In this document: positions 49,265-63,399 of the stretch, piece by piece
How the letters are laid out: every line of letters starts with the position of its first letter
Position numbering within the stretch: the first letter of the stretch is position 1
DNA from: Octopus sinensis
Taxonomy: Eukaryota
NCBI RefSeq assembly: GCF_006345805.1
Contig: NC_043014.1
Location: forward strand, 18,600,001 to 18,664,000
Length of the DNA: 64,000 bases
Direction: 5' to 3'
Translations under genes and position numbers: made by a program
The notes under the pieces: generated by a model
Seen by the model: the letters and a program-made list of their open reading frames with translations, nothing else
What the model was told of the DNA's origin: nothing
Database searches by the model: none

Positions 49265-51668
49265 CATAAGGAGTGTTTAAGTAGTAGTTTACATAACAAT
49301 AGTAAAAAAAATAATGATGATAACGATGATGGTTTTGATGATAGCTGACGATAATGACGGTGCTGGTGGAATGGCCACTGAACATTATAATAGAAATCTT
49401 GTGATTGTTTCTTTTCTTTTGATAGTGTATCGCCATCTAGGGAAGAATGGAGATACAAAAACCCCCAAAAAACAAGAAAGACAGATGCATGGACACAGAA
49501 GGACACTCACACAAGCCCGCACACTTACAGATTTATGCAGAGATAGATATAGATAGATAGATAGATAAATAGGCTGATAGAGATATACACATGCAGAAAA
49601 TAGAAAATGGTATGTGAATATTTATGTGATAAAAGGAGAGACAGTAAGACTCACACTGATCAGAAATGCTTGCCGAGATTTCGCAATACTTCGCATTTCC
49701 CTGCGAAAAATCGATGGAAGTTTTCGGCATTTGGTAGACTGGGATTACATCATATAAGGATATTTTTGTTCTTTCTTATTTTATTATTTTTCCAAACATC
49801 GGTGGATAAAAAAAATATACCGTTAGTCACTCTCACTGTCTATGTGTGTCTATATGTACGCGTGCATGTACGTATGTATGTATGTATTTATGTATTTATG
49901 TATGTATGTATGTATGTATGTATATTTGCATGTATGTATGTATTTGTCTGTCTATCTATATTTCTGTCGATCGATCAATCTCGCTATATATATACGCATG
50001 CACTCACACATATACACACATAGACACAGACAGACACAAACACAAACACAAAGATTTTCACACACACGTATGTATATATACATATGTACTTGTATATACA
50101 AACGTACACAATTGCACAAAAACTCATATATATATCTGCATTAATATATGCGCTTATATGTTTGTAATTATACATACAACTAAATACAAAACCCCCTGCA
50201 AACGTGTATATCTACTTACGCACATATATAAATGTAAACATGAACACTCACACACACATACATACATGCATATATACATTCATACACACGTGCATGCATA
50301 CGTGCATACATACGTACGTACATATATACATGCATTCACATATAAATAGATAGATAGATAGATACATACATACATACATATATACATACATGCATGCATA
50401 CATACATACGTACATATAAGCATACATAAACGTAACTGTTCAACCGAAACAAACAGGTACCACTTGTGCCTGTCTTTTCAATATTCCACGATCTTCAGGA
50501 TTTATCGATTGACGTTAGAACATCATCATTGGTTTGGTGCATATAGAGAGATTCATTTGAAGTTATATTGCGTGATAAAGCGTGAAATCTTTGAATTGCT
50601 TACTTACACCGTATTTTAGAGAAAAAGACCGGAAAGGAAAAATAATAAAAGCAAGATGTATGTTGATACGTTTGGAAGTTATGAGAAGGTTGGTAGTAAC
50701 TGGATTTGATCTACATTTTCAGAGGAAATTGTGAGTTTCGTGTTTATTTTCTTATGATTAATTCTTTTGGTTTTATTCTTTACTTGTACATGGCAACATC
50801 AATATGATTTTCACCTTTAAATAAACCAGCCTGCAGGAGACGACGTTTTGATTAAACGATGACTACGGCAACAAAACAGCGACTCGAATCAGGGAGAGAA
50901 ATTATACGCGTTTAGTCGATTTAGAAGAAACAGTAGGCAACCCTCCCTCAAAATAAGCGCAGTCATTTTATCGAGTCCGGAAAAATTTAAAGTAAGGCAA
51001 TAATAGTAGAATTTAAGCTCAGAGCAAAACTAAATACCATACGTGTTATTCAGGAATTCTCGAATCATATATTAGACACTTCAATACGGAAGGACAGATT
51101 CAATAATGTAGTTATTGTAAAACCCTGTGAAAGATGGAATACTCAGTGTTCAAATACTTTTGCATCGAAGATATATTAAACAAGTATAACCAAAAGTGAA
51201 AGAATAAAAATAAAAGAACGAAAATATCATCGATACTAACACCAACAAATTTTGGCAGCCGATTTACTGTTGCTTCAGTAATCGTAAAAGCCTTTCCTTT
51301 GTGAAGACGGACGTCAAATATACCATGAGTGGTGCAATATGATAAATGAAATTAGTGCCAATGTATAAGTCAGTATTATTCCTAGACAGTAAAAGAAGAT
51401 GCAATAGATATACGTGCGCGCGCACACACACACACACACACATACAAACACACACACACATACATGCATACACAGACACGGGCTTGTGTACACAGGTATG
51501 TGTATGTATCTGTATGGATGTGTGCGTTTGCATGCATATATGTGTGTCTAAATGTATATATATATATGTATATCCGCATATATATGAGTATATATATGTA
51601 TTTATGTTGAGGCACATGGCCTAGTGGTTAGAACAGCGGACTCGCATGCATTTATATATATGTATATA

Positions 51669-51713
<45 letters not shown>

Positions 51714-51730
51714 CTATATATATATATATT

Positions 51731-51785
<55 letters not shown>

Positions 51786-51796
51786 CGCACACACAC

Positions 51797-51843
<47 letters not shown>

Positions 51844-52789
51844 CATGGGTGTCTTTGTATGTGTGTGTATGTTTGTGCGTGTGTGCGCATTTTCGTGCGT
51901 GTAAGCACAGTGAACGGCGGAAATATTAACGACGACTTGCATATTCTTTGTCGGGTTCAGCAGATGTTAATGTTAGTACGCTAATCGCTATTGAGTTTAT
52001 TCTCTAAAATACAACTGCTTCTTTACTACCAATATATTTTCATAACATACGCGATTCTTGAGCACAACGGATTCAATTTCGGCTGCTGTTTCGATATAGT
52101 TGTGTCTCTTTAGCCAGTGTCCGCTATAAATGTGTCAACGTTACTTTTGTTTGCAAGTGTAACGAAATGATTATATGAACAATCAAGTGCATTTGATGCT
52201 AAAGAATGACAATGATTTATATAAGTTGATTATAAGTAAATAAGTGGATGGTATTAACGAATTAACGTTGTTGTTTTTATGATTATAAAAATTAATTATA
52301 AAAATGAGTGTATGTCGATTTTCATCCTCCAGTAAATGCAGTAATATGAAAGGCTCAATGTTAATCAAATACCGATTACATGATGTTCGATGGGGAGTTA
52401 AAATGCGTCATTTGTATTCAAAATCCTGGAAATTGATATAAAATTCTCAAAAAGAAGGTCAAATTTATTCTCACAAAAATAAATTGTAATACGCGTAGTA
52501 GTGATTAGAAAAAGTCAGTATACTCGGTGAAATAAAGAGAGAATTATTTGTGATGATTTGGGATAAAATTAAAATAATATAATAGTAATAACTACAAAGT
52601 GGCTGTATTACTATCAGAAATGGTTACACAGTATCAAATATAAATTATGGTTATGGAAAGTACTAACCTAATGTAGAAAAATATATAGAGTTTATAAGGG
52701 CATAGTTAATTCAGGGTTTTATTTTTAAAGAAATGTGATGTAAGATGAGCAGAAACGTCTAGATAACGATAAACGTCGCTCTTTTCAAG

Positions 52790-52975
52790 CCTACCCAGAT
52801 TTACTCAAGAAACAGGAAGAGAGAGTGAGAGAAACTTGTGGCGAAAGAGTACAACAGGGGTCGCAACCGCTCCCTGCCGGAGCAAACACACGCAACGCCC
52901 GGTCAGGGAATCTAAACCGCGATCATCCGATCGCGAGTCCCCTGCCCTAACCATTGGGCCATTGCACCTCTACGA
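52790..52975 (-). mobile_element. SINE family B, 5' part
   Basis: Matches 11000-11209 (AAGAAACAGGAAGA…AAAGAGTACA…CCCTGCCGGAGC…AAACCGCGATC…GGGCCATTGC). Confidence 0.85.
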
Positions 52976-54029
52976 TACGTCTAGATAGCAAATCAAAATT
53001 GACGTTTGAATACAAATGAAATAATGACGAAAATACTGTTACTGAATCACGTGACGGGAATAGTCTAGAGAAAAATTTAGGTTTCTGCTAGAAAGTGGAG
53101 CTAACATAAGAGTGTATATTTTTTAATAGTGGACTTTTTTCTAATTATTTGATTTAATAAAATACACATCGGCAATAAAGAATCTAACGTTCAAGGAAGA
53201 GAGGAGTGGGCATTGCTTAGTAGTGGCAGAATAGGAGTACGTTTAAGTATTAGTGTGTATGTAGATTTGAGAATTTGTAAGGCTATAATGTGAGATGAGT
53301 GTTTAAAAAGTAAAAGCTAAAGTAGTAAATAAAAAAAATACATGTAAAATAAGGGAAAGAATGTATGCCTGTGATCTAGTAACTAATGATCAGAGGAGTT
53401 CATAGAGATCATTCTGAAGCCAAATGTCTTTTGACTATATAATTAAAAAAAGATGGCTGCCGTCGTAAAAGATGGCATAGCAATCAAAACAATTATTTTC
53501 AAATTTACGTACTTATTTTATTTTAACCCATTGACACACTTCATCTACCACTGGGTAAACATCAACTTCAGATATATTTCATTTTTATTTTTGTTTTACT
53601 ATCACTATCACTAAAACAGAGTTGGTTATTTTACTATTTTTATCAACGTAGGTAAAATTAAGGTCACCTTTATTCTGCTACTTTTCTTGCTGTTAGTACG
53701 CTTATACTGAAATTTCATTTGTATTTGTTTTGCCTGGAATCTAATAATGTGATTGGTATAAATTTACGGACATTGTGTATTTGATTAAATTCCAAAAATC
53801 TGACTGTGCTTGATTGCATTCTTATCTGAAGTAACCACGCAGAGCTGTTTCTGAAATATATTTAATTATTTAGTAATTCTGAAGAATAATATTTTCTAAT
53901 GATATATATAAATGTAAACTCAACAAATCGAAGTTGGTGTTCGGTGTAGAAACAAACGTTGTTTGCTATTAAAAGTTGGTGTCTTCCGTCCTCGTGTTAT
54001 ATTATTCTTACATACATACATACATACAA

Positions 54030-54160
<131 letters not shown>

Positions 54161-54921
54161 ATTAAGATTGTTCTTGATATTAATAATGATGCGCACTCTT
54201 GACCTTTCTGTCCCCTCTCTTTCTCAGCCTTCATTCTTTCTGGTTTCCTTTTCTTCTACCTTACTGTCTCTCCCCTCTCTCTCTTTCATTCTTCATTCTT
54301 TCTGGTTTCTTCACAACCATTCCCTTTTTTCTCTCCCTTTCTCTTGCTCCTCCTCCTCCTCCCTCTCGTCGTTGACCCGCGCGAGAGCTCTGTTACTGTC
54401 TTTCTGACCTGGCTTCCTTGAAGTGTTGACGGCATTTTCTGTTGCTCGTTCGCCGTTCTCAAAAATCGCGTTCGTAATACTTTATCTCGTTCGGCTTAGC
54501 AGCCCTTCTTATCTTGCTATTCTCCTTCTCCTGTCTTTTACTGTTTATATTTTGTACTGTCGCTACTGTCCTGTTTTTGTTACCATTTTTACCCCTCCGC
54601 AAAAAGATCTCAAATTTTATTTTAGTTGCTTTTCGCGGGAAGGAAAGTTTCTATCGAAGATGCGTATCGCCTTCACCTTCGAAACGCAGAGTAGATGAAA
54701 CCATGGCGACTGAAGAAGGAGCATTTTTCTTGTGTTATTTGTCCTGTTCTCTATTTTTTCGTTGTTTAAGAAAAATGTCCAGTTCCTTGGTTTTGTGTTT
54801 ATGTTTTCGTTTCTTATAGTGTTCGACGTTTTTTTGGTGTCCTGTACGCATATATGCATGTATATATGCATGTAGAGGTAGGTACGTACATATATGTATG
54901 TATATATGCATATGTTTTATT

Positions 54922-54994
<73 letters not shown>

Positions 54995-55228
54995 ATATGA
55001 GTTGCTTATTACCAATTAACAACTTAAAGCCTAACTTATAGACGTCACTAAAGTGACAGAGGGTACAAAATGGTACCAGCAACGCTTGAAATGAGAGAGA
55101 AAACGCTTCATTAGCTAATAAGTCGCTTTGACTCTTATTTCTAGCAATACTGCTAGCACTTTTTACATTCTGTCTCTTTGCTAAAGTCTATAAGTTTATA
55201 TATATATATGTATATATATATATATTAT

Positions 55229-55278
<50 letters not shown>

Positions 55279-55280
55279 AT

Positions 55281-55403
<123 letters not shown>

Positions 55404-55563
55404 TGAGAAAGTTGGTTTGTGAAAGCACGTGGTTGAATATATAGAAAATAGTAAAAAGTGAAAAAACTACAGAAGGCTTGTTTTAAAAGGTTAAAAAATA
55501 TATATTTGAATCAATATGTCTGAAGAATATTATAAATTTTTTTCTTACAATGACATAGTTTAG

Positions 55564-55603
55564 AAGAAATAACCGGTTTCGCGTTCACCTTTTCAAATTT
55601 CTT
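55564..55603 (-). ncRNA. Candidate minimal type-I hammerhead ribozyme, U3-A8 core variant, in the PLE 3' pseudo-LTR
   Basis: AAGAAAU / UUGAAAA / GGUGAACGC / GAAA-C-CG-G-U-U / AUUUCUU: perfect 7-bp stem I, palindromic ACCGGU stem III, GUU triplet, weak stem II. Confidence 0.55.
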
Positions 55604-55659
55604 ACATCGTTATGTTTATGTCGAGAAGAGTTATCGTTATGTTTATGTTGAGGAGAGTT

Positions 55660-56985
55660 CTAGATAAGGTGAGGTAATAAGTGATTTCTTCCGGTGTAAG
55701 AGAGATAATTGCTTAAAATTTTTTGTCTTTGGAGTGAATTTCTCTGTATAAGTATGTTGGAATGGTTAAGTCTGGGCTTGTACTTTTCAATGAAGAATGT
55801 TTCCTTGTTTAGTCTAATTTGTGTTGGTGTTCCGATAGCACATTGGTAAAATGGAAAGATTAAAAATTGTGGTAGTAGTTTCTTTGTGCATTTCTCAATG
55901 TGCTCACTAAAAGGTATCATTCTGTATTCTGGGAATGCAATCTGTTGTCGATGCAGTGTGCATCTACGTCTGAGTGATAGTCCCGTGGATCCCACGTAGA
56001 CTTGGTGGCAGCCCGAGCATTTTATGACATAAATTATGTTTTCAGAGGCACAAGTAAAATTAGATTTGATCTTGAATTTCTGTCCCTCTTTGAAGAGGAA
56101 TTCTGATCCTTCTAGCAGGTTTGGACATGTTGCACAGTTCGGTCTACCACATTTTTTTACTTTCGCATCCGTAATTTCAGAAAACAATTTTGCCTTTGTG
56201 AGAATCTTTTTAAGTGATTTAGGTTGTTTGAAGCTTTTAATGATTTGGTGTATGTTTAAAATTTCCTTTAATTTGGGGTCCTTATGAAGTATTGGTAAAT
56301 TCTGGGTGATGATGGTGAAGGCTTCTTTGTTTCTGAGGTTGTATGTGGATATGTAAGGTAGTATTTTCGCGGAAGGTGTGTTGTTGTGTTGAACTTTTCT
56401 TAAAGTTTCTATGTTGATTTCTGTTGCACGTCTGATCCCATCCTCTACGAGTTGAGCTGGGTAATGTCTGTCAATTAGGGTGTTTTTGAGTTCTTGCAGT
56501 CTAAAGTTCCTGGTATTTTGTTCTGACACTATTGTGCATATCCTTCTTGCAAGGTTGAAGGGGATATTTGTTTTAGTGTGTCTTGAGTGGCATGAATTTA
56601 AAAGAAGGTATTGTTTGGCGTCTGTGGCTTTGTAAAAAATGTCTGTTTCTATTTTAAGGTTAATTTTTTTAATTAGTATATCCAAGAATGGGAGCTCCTT
56701 TTGGTTGTATTCCATTGTGAACTGTATATTTGGGTTTATGCTGTTCAATAGGTTTTTAAATTTTAGGAGTTTATCTGTGTTTTCATTCCAGAGTATAAAA
56801 CAATCGTCCAGGAATCGTTTCCAATTCTCTTTTATGTATTGAGAGAGGGGGTTTCCAAAGATTGAAAAAGATTCCTGGTAAATGATTATTTCCAGGTAGC
56901 CCATTGTTAGGTTCGCAATGACTGGAGCTGCCCTTGTACCCATAGCAATTCCGGATTTTTGACGGTAAAATGTATTATCAAACAT
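55660..56985 (-). pseudogene. Longest open segment (441 aa) of the PLE ORF: RT C-terminal half + GIY-YIG endonuclease
   Basis: Supplied ORF; its ATG is internal to the ancestral ORF, whose upstream part is frameshifted. Confidence 0.93.
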
Positions 56986-58529
56986 GAAGTGGTTATTATG
57001 TAGGATGAATTCAATTGATTTAGTAATGAATTCTTTACTGATCCTTTTTGGTATTTCTTCCGGAAATTGGTCCAGCCAGAACTGTATTGCCTCTAGTCCA
57101 TAATTATGAGGTATACTGGTATACTGGTATATAAGTTAACTACATCAAATGAAACCAACCATGATTGTTTCTTCCTTGGCTTTTTTGGAAGGTGGTTTAA
57201 CATATCTAAGTCATCTCTGATATGGCTATCGATATGTTTAAGGAAGGGTTTCAGGAGGATGTCCATAAATAGACTTAGTCTGTGTGTTTCACATGTTGGG
57301 CCAGCTACAATGGGTCGTAGTTTTAGGTCCCCCGGGTTAGGTGTGTGTATGTATGTCTTTGGTGATTTTTTTAATGGTTTCATTTATAATTTGGCTTTTA
57401 TGAATTTTTGGCAGACCATAGAAAAGGCTAGGTTTGCATTTAAAGTTTGTTAGAAAGTTAATCTATTTGGTTTTTAGTTCCTTTTCATGGGTTTTAATTA
57501 GTGAAGATAGAGTTTTCATTATTTTTTGTGGGGTGTAGTTGGTAATTTTTTCATAATGTTGGTTGTCATCAAGCAAGGAAATTACAAGATTTCTATAGTA
57601 TGATGTATTCATTATTACAACTGCATTTCTCTTGTCTGCTTCCTTAATGGTTATATCTTCATCATTTTGAAGTTCTATCAGCTTTTCCATTGTGTAGTGT
57701 TAAAATTTGAGTTAACTTTCTGTTTATGTATAGTATGGTAGGGAAAGTTCTCAATGTGGTTACAGAATTCGTCAAGATCTTTATTTCTTCCTCTGTGGGG
57801 GATGTGTTCACTTTTGTTCTTGACTAGTGATTCATCTTCAGTATTGAAACTGGTTGATGCTTCTGCTAGTCTTAATTTTCTGCAAAATTCTGTTATATTA
57901 TCCTTGATTTCATTTAGGTTGGCTCTGCGTGGAGTTGGTGTAAATTTGAGCCCTTTTGAGAGGATGCCAATTTTTATGTTAGAAAGAGGTTTGGTTGAAA
58001 GATTGATTATCTTCGGTTTTTCCTTATTACTAGGTTCCCGCCTGTGTCCTGGTGTCTCTGGTCCCTGGCTAAAAAATGTTGGGTGTAATTTTGTTTGTAT
58101 GAGTTGTCTGTGAGGTTGTGTGATATAGGGTCGGGGGAATGGTGGTATTGTTGCCCCCGATTGTTGTGTGTGTGGGGGAATCTATGGTTATTTTTGTTTG
58201 TGGTGTGTGTAAAATTTCTGTATGTGAAATATTTTTGTTTCGAACTGCTTGTATGTGGGATGTTGCTTGACATAGTGTTTTTTTGCGTTTATCTTGTATT
58301 CAGTGGGGACCAGTAATTTTGGTTCATGGGGTAGTAGCGACTTGTGTGTGGTGTATTTCTTATTCTAGTGTCGTTTTGTGCTGTATGGTGGTTGGGTCTG
58401 GTATTAGGATATTGTTGGTGTGTTCTGTTTTTGGTGTAATTTATTTCATAGACGCGTTGTCTGTCAGCTTGTTCCCTGTTAAGTCTTGCGTGGTTTGAAA
58501 ATGTTGGTTGTGGGTGATTTCTGTTTCTA

Positions 58530-58601
<72 letters not shown>

Positions 58602-59164
58602 AGTGAGAAGGAAGGAAGGAGAGAGAGTGAGAGGGTGGGGAAAGAAACATGCAGAAGCAATTTGTAAAATTTTATTTCGGGGGTGGATTTGTCTTGTTCA
58701 CTTATCACTTCCAACCCGCCCAGAAAAATTATATGCAATGTTTGAGTAAAGCAAATATCTAAGTAACACCCTGAAGGCGAGGGTGAACTATGAGGCCAAT
58801 GTTAATTTTTTTCCTTGTAATAATAAAGATGGTGTTCTACAAAATTTTAATGACTGGTTCTTCAAAATAATGCTGTAGTTTTTAAATATAATTTACATAA
58901 CATATACATTAATACACACTCACACGCACTCAATCCCCCACACACACATACGTTAATATCGAACAAGTAAATGGGTGCTCACACCGCATTGGTTGACAAA
59001 CATTCTTTATTTATGGGCAAAGGCTTCCATTGGTTTCATGTTAAGAGACAAATCCCTTAACAACTATCTAACTAGCCACTTGGAACATCGATGTTCTTCT
59101 CCATTTTGAATTAAAACACACACATACATTCATGCATACATACATACATACATACATACATACA

Positions 59165-59198
<34 letters not shown>

Positions 59199-60021
59199 CA
59201 TACATATATATGCACACATATATGTATATATATATATACCGATGTATATATGAAAGAATATGATAATGCACTTTAAGAAGTTGTTTCAAAATGTCATGGT
59301 TCCCAGGATTTTCAAAAATAATGTGATATAGATAGACAAGTAGCTATGCAATATTTTGCAGGATAGCAAAGGTATATATCACTCTAATTTTGAAAATCAT
59401 GAATTTGTGAAACAAGTAACTAAACAATATATACTCATATGAGCGTGTGTGTATGTGCGCGTGAGTCTATGTACGTGTGTTGTTGCATGTGCCTCAGTGA
59501 TGTATGTATATTTGGCGATGTGATTATGTGACTGCGCGTGTGTATGTTATAAAGAACATAATTAAAGAAAATCAACCATAAATTATAATTACTCATAACA
59601 ACACGAAAGTAAACAATAATTTAAAAAATAACTTCAATAAAGTTAACAACACAATATAAATAAGTTAATAAGGCAGCAATAAGCGTAATTGCAGGGAACG
59701 AAAAAAAATTGAAACTTATTTCATTATTCCAATCCGATAATCACCCGTTTCTTTCATTTCGCATTAAATAAACTTATTATTCAATAATTGCTATTATTTT
59801 ATTATTGTTATCGTGGTTGTTATAATTGTTGTTGGTGTTGTTTTTTTTTCTAATTCCATCTATTTTAATCTTCTGTATTTCGTTACGTTTTATAACTTGT
59901 ATTATTTTTACTGATTGCTTTCTAAGTCCAAATTGATCAATATTGAACAGATCTCTTGCTATTGTGTTTTGTGTTGGAAAACGAAAATCAAAATATATAC
60001 ACACATATGTATATGTATGTA

Positions 60022-60101
<80 letters not shown>

Positions 60102-60137
60102 GGTATGTATATAGGTATATATATGTATATATATGTT

Positions 60138-60171
<34 letters not shown>

Positions 60172-60528
60172 ATATACAGGCATCCACCAATTGATACACT
60201 GACAGGTACTCACACATACATACACACATGCATACATACATACGTACATAACTTATATATCAATCTATTTATCTATATCTATCTATCCATCCATCGATCT
60301 TTCTATCTATCAATACACGTTCATACGTATATACAAGAAAACAACAAACATTTATAAGTATGCACATACACACACAATATAGATATACTACTTGTGTGTA
60401 AATAATGATTTGCATATATCTATTTCTACGCAATTAAACATATTTGTTTGCATATGGATATGTATACATATTTTTACGTATATGTCTATATATTCTTATG
60501 TGCACACACAAACACACACACACACACA

Positions 60529-60537
60529 TTATTATTA

Positions 60538-60571
<34 letters not shown>

Positions 60572-60664
60572 CATCATCATCATCATCATCATCATCACCA
60601 CCATCATCACCACCACCACCACCATCACCACCACCACCACCACCACCACCACCACCATCACCAC

Positions 60665-60721
<57 letters not shown>

Positions 60722-60758
60722 ATTATTATTATTATTATTATTATTATCATCATCATCA

Positions 60759-60808
<50 letters not shown>

Positions 60809-60830
60809 TATTATTATTATCATTATTATT
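60529..60830. repeat. Compound triplet microsatellite ATT-ATC-ACC-ATC-ATT-ATC-ATT
   Basis: Directly visible. Confidence 0.97.
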
Positions 60831-60868
60831 CAGTAGTTTTATTTTTATAGCGTGCTTTCACTTCACTA

Positions 60869-60990
60869 CCGAGGTTGATTTTGCCTTTCAACTTTTCGGA
60901 GTTGATAAAATAAGTACCAGTTGTGCAATGGGGTCGATGTAAACTACTTTCCTCTTCCCCACCAAAATTCCAGGTATTGTGCATATAATA
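60869..60990 (+). mobile_element. SINE family C body (headless)
   Basis: CCGAGGTTGATTTTGCCTTTCA…GATAAAATAAGTACCAG…GGGGTCGATGTAA matches the reverse complement of 44200-44260. Confidence 0.8.
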
Positions 60991-61473
60991 CAAATTATCA
61001 TAATTATTATTGAGAGAGCAGTGTATGCCATCAAAGTGACACTGGGTTAAAATATACAAAACTCAGTATACCCATCATGACTATTCGTCTGATAAGGGTA
61101 CACCAGGTATATTCATCACAAAGATATGTACGCCACATTGTGATTTCATATCAAGATAAACAGCGCCTGACTTTGCAGGTGGGACCCAGCTAGAATTTTC
61201 TTCAGGTCAAGTAGCCATCCCGCTCAGAACGTCCCTGAATAAGGGTTGTTTAAGGATGTTGAACGAAATACCCATGTTTCCAAAGGTGAATTATCCAAAT
61301 CCAAAAGAATTTATTCTTCTCAACACATGGCTATGATTCTCCCCCACTACTTCTGCTCATTATCAGAGATGCACATATTGTTAACCACTAAGGGACATTC
61401 TCAACTGGTTGAGGTCAAACAAATTTGTGGTCTTGAGCAGAATATTTGCTGTAATCCATCTTTTATACCAAGA

Positions 61474-61536
<63 letters not shown>

Positions 61537-62836
61537 TACTACTACTACTACTACTACTACCGTCATTTGGTAAATATTTGAAATTTTCTACTCATAATGT
61601 TTCCTAGCCCTTCACGATGTCCCCGCAAAATGCTAGTTTACATTACTGCTTTATCAAAATTGCTAATTCGTCAGTTCATGTATCGATTAATCAAGAGCCA
61701 GTGATATCTTGAATGTTTGGACTTCGCAAATATATCACAACCTCTATAAATACAGTTTTGTCTCGTGTTATTGGAATTAGCAATAATATTTATTACTATT
61801 ATTGTAATCGGCATCCCTAATAAGAAATTTACATTAAAACATTCGTGAAAAATATTGAGCCACAATAAGAATAATAAAACGCCTGCAATTGAAAGCCTTC
61901 TGAAACCATAGACAGCTATAGTAATAGAGAAACGAAGGCAACTACGTTTGAATACCGGAAATGTTGTACACAGATAAAAGACGTAGACGTCTTTGTAGAA
62001 TGTAAAACTTACTATTCACAAATAACAAAAACTACAATGCAAAACAGTCTGAGTGCAGGAGTTAATGCCATAATTCATTCAGAAAACATTTACGTATGCT
62101 GATAAGACAAGATACGAAGTAGAGGTGAACAAAAAGAACTCACAACAACCTACTGCATACGAAATAATAAAATTCTACGAAAATATCAACGTAGGAAAAC
62201 AATCTCTGGCAAAAGGATAAATACCATAACAAAACATAGCTCATCGACAAAATAATCAAAGCTACGAAATACTTCAAAACTTAAACCGAACGCTATGCTA
62301 TAAACAAGCATAGCAAAGGATCGATACGAGATATATACCTGTAATATTATAACAATAACAAATCAATATTATGAAGATCTATAAAATCCTACCTGAATAT
62401 AAAATAAGAAATTACTTTTGTCCAGCCAGTTTACTTTAAAGTTAGTTTTAATCGCTGCCTTCGCAAATTTATAATTCGTATAAGACTAGGTGACATTACA
62501 TATAATCAAGGTGCTTATTTACAGCAGTTTGGCTGACATTTAGTTGTGATTTTGATGATTTTGATTTTGATTTTTCCAGTTTCAGCTAATGAGCTGTGGC
62601 CATTATTGTTACATTACAGTTGCAGGATCGCACATTATATTCATATATAAAACATATTCCTATGAAAAATGGTGGGTGACGGCTAGGCTTGTAAACAGAT
62701 ACTTAACAATAGCGTTGAAGAGCAAATCTTCAGGAGTACTTCAAATTATAAAGTACGAAAGAAAAGTAGCAAAAAAATCGGTAACAGATAAAGAACTAGA
62801 AAAAATATAATGGCACAAAAATTTCAACGAGCCGAT

Positions 62837-62983
62837 TTGTGGTAAGAAGGGTACTTCTCAACTACATGTTTCGGGTTTCAGTTCCACTGCGTGGCACCTA
62901 GGGCAAACGTTTTCTATTATAACCTCGGGCAGACCAACGCCTTGCGAGTGGATTTGGTTGACGGAGTCTGAAAGAAGCCCGTC
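62837..62983 (+). mobile_element. SINE family A, 5' part
   Basis: TGTGGTAAGAAG…CCACTGCGTGGCACC…GACGGAGTCTGAAAGAAGCCCGTC. Confidence 0.85.
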
Positions 62984-62985
62984 TG

Positions 62986-63113
<128 letters not shown>

Positions 63114-63174
63114 TACACATATATACATATATATATATTTATATTTTTAGATATATACATATACACACACATAT

Positions 63175-63205
<31 letters not shown>

Positions 63206-63399
63206 TATATATCTTCTTCACTCGTTTACTACTATTCTTATTTTATTTTAACTCATGACCATTGTCCGGAAATCTTTCGTCGCACATCTATGACCACTTA
63301 ACGACACTTTTCATTTTCGTGTGTTCTTACTCCACTTACTCCATTCTGAGACTGACATGCAACAATGATTACTTAGATAAACATGACCTCAGTTGTTTC

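Noticed and set aside
50723-50730. Further plus-strand short-exon candidates (50723-50730, 24464-24479, 40861-40918)
   Set aside because: Joining them with the 22.67-kb exon gives stops or no recognisable peptide, and their number is compatible with chance.
54672-54725. Permuted hammerhead (CCTTC-GAAA…GTA…CTGAAGA-AGGAG), partly also at 30495-30525
   Set aside because: The core words and a 4-bp stem II are present, but stem I cannot be paired in either copy; needs a family consensus.
55043-55196. 11-bp inverted ends (AACTTATAGAC/GTCTATAAGTT) and a CTAATGA motif between two (TA)n tracts
   Set aside because: Too short or decayed to call a MITE or ribozyme.
61880-62400. A/C-skewed stretch resembling decayed LINE coding DNA (also 35500-36100)
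   Set aside because: Compositional impression only; no motif was recovered.
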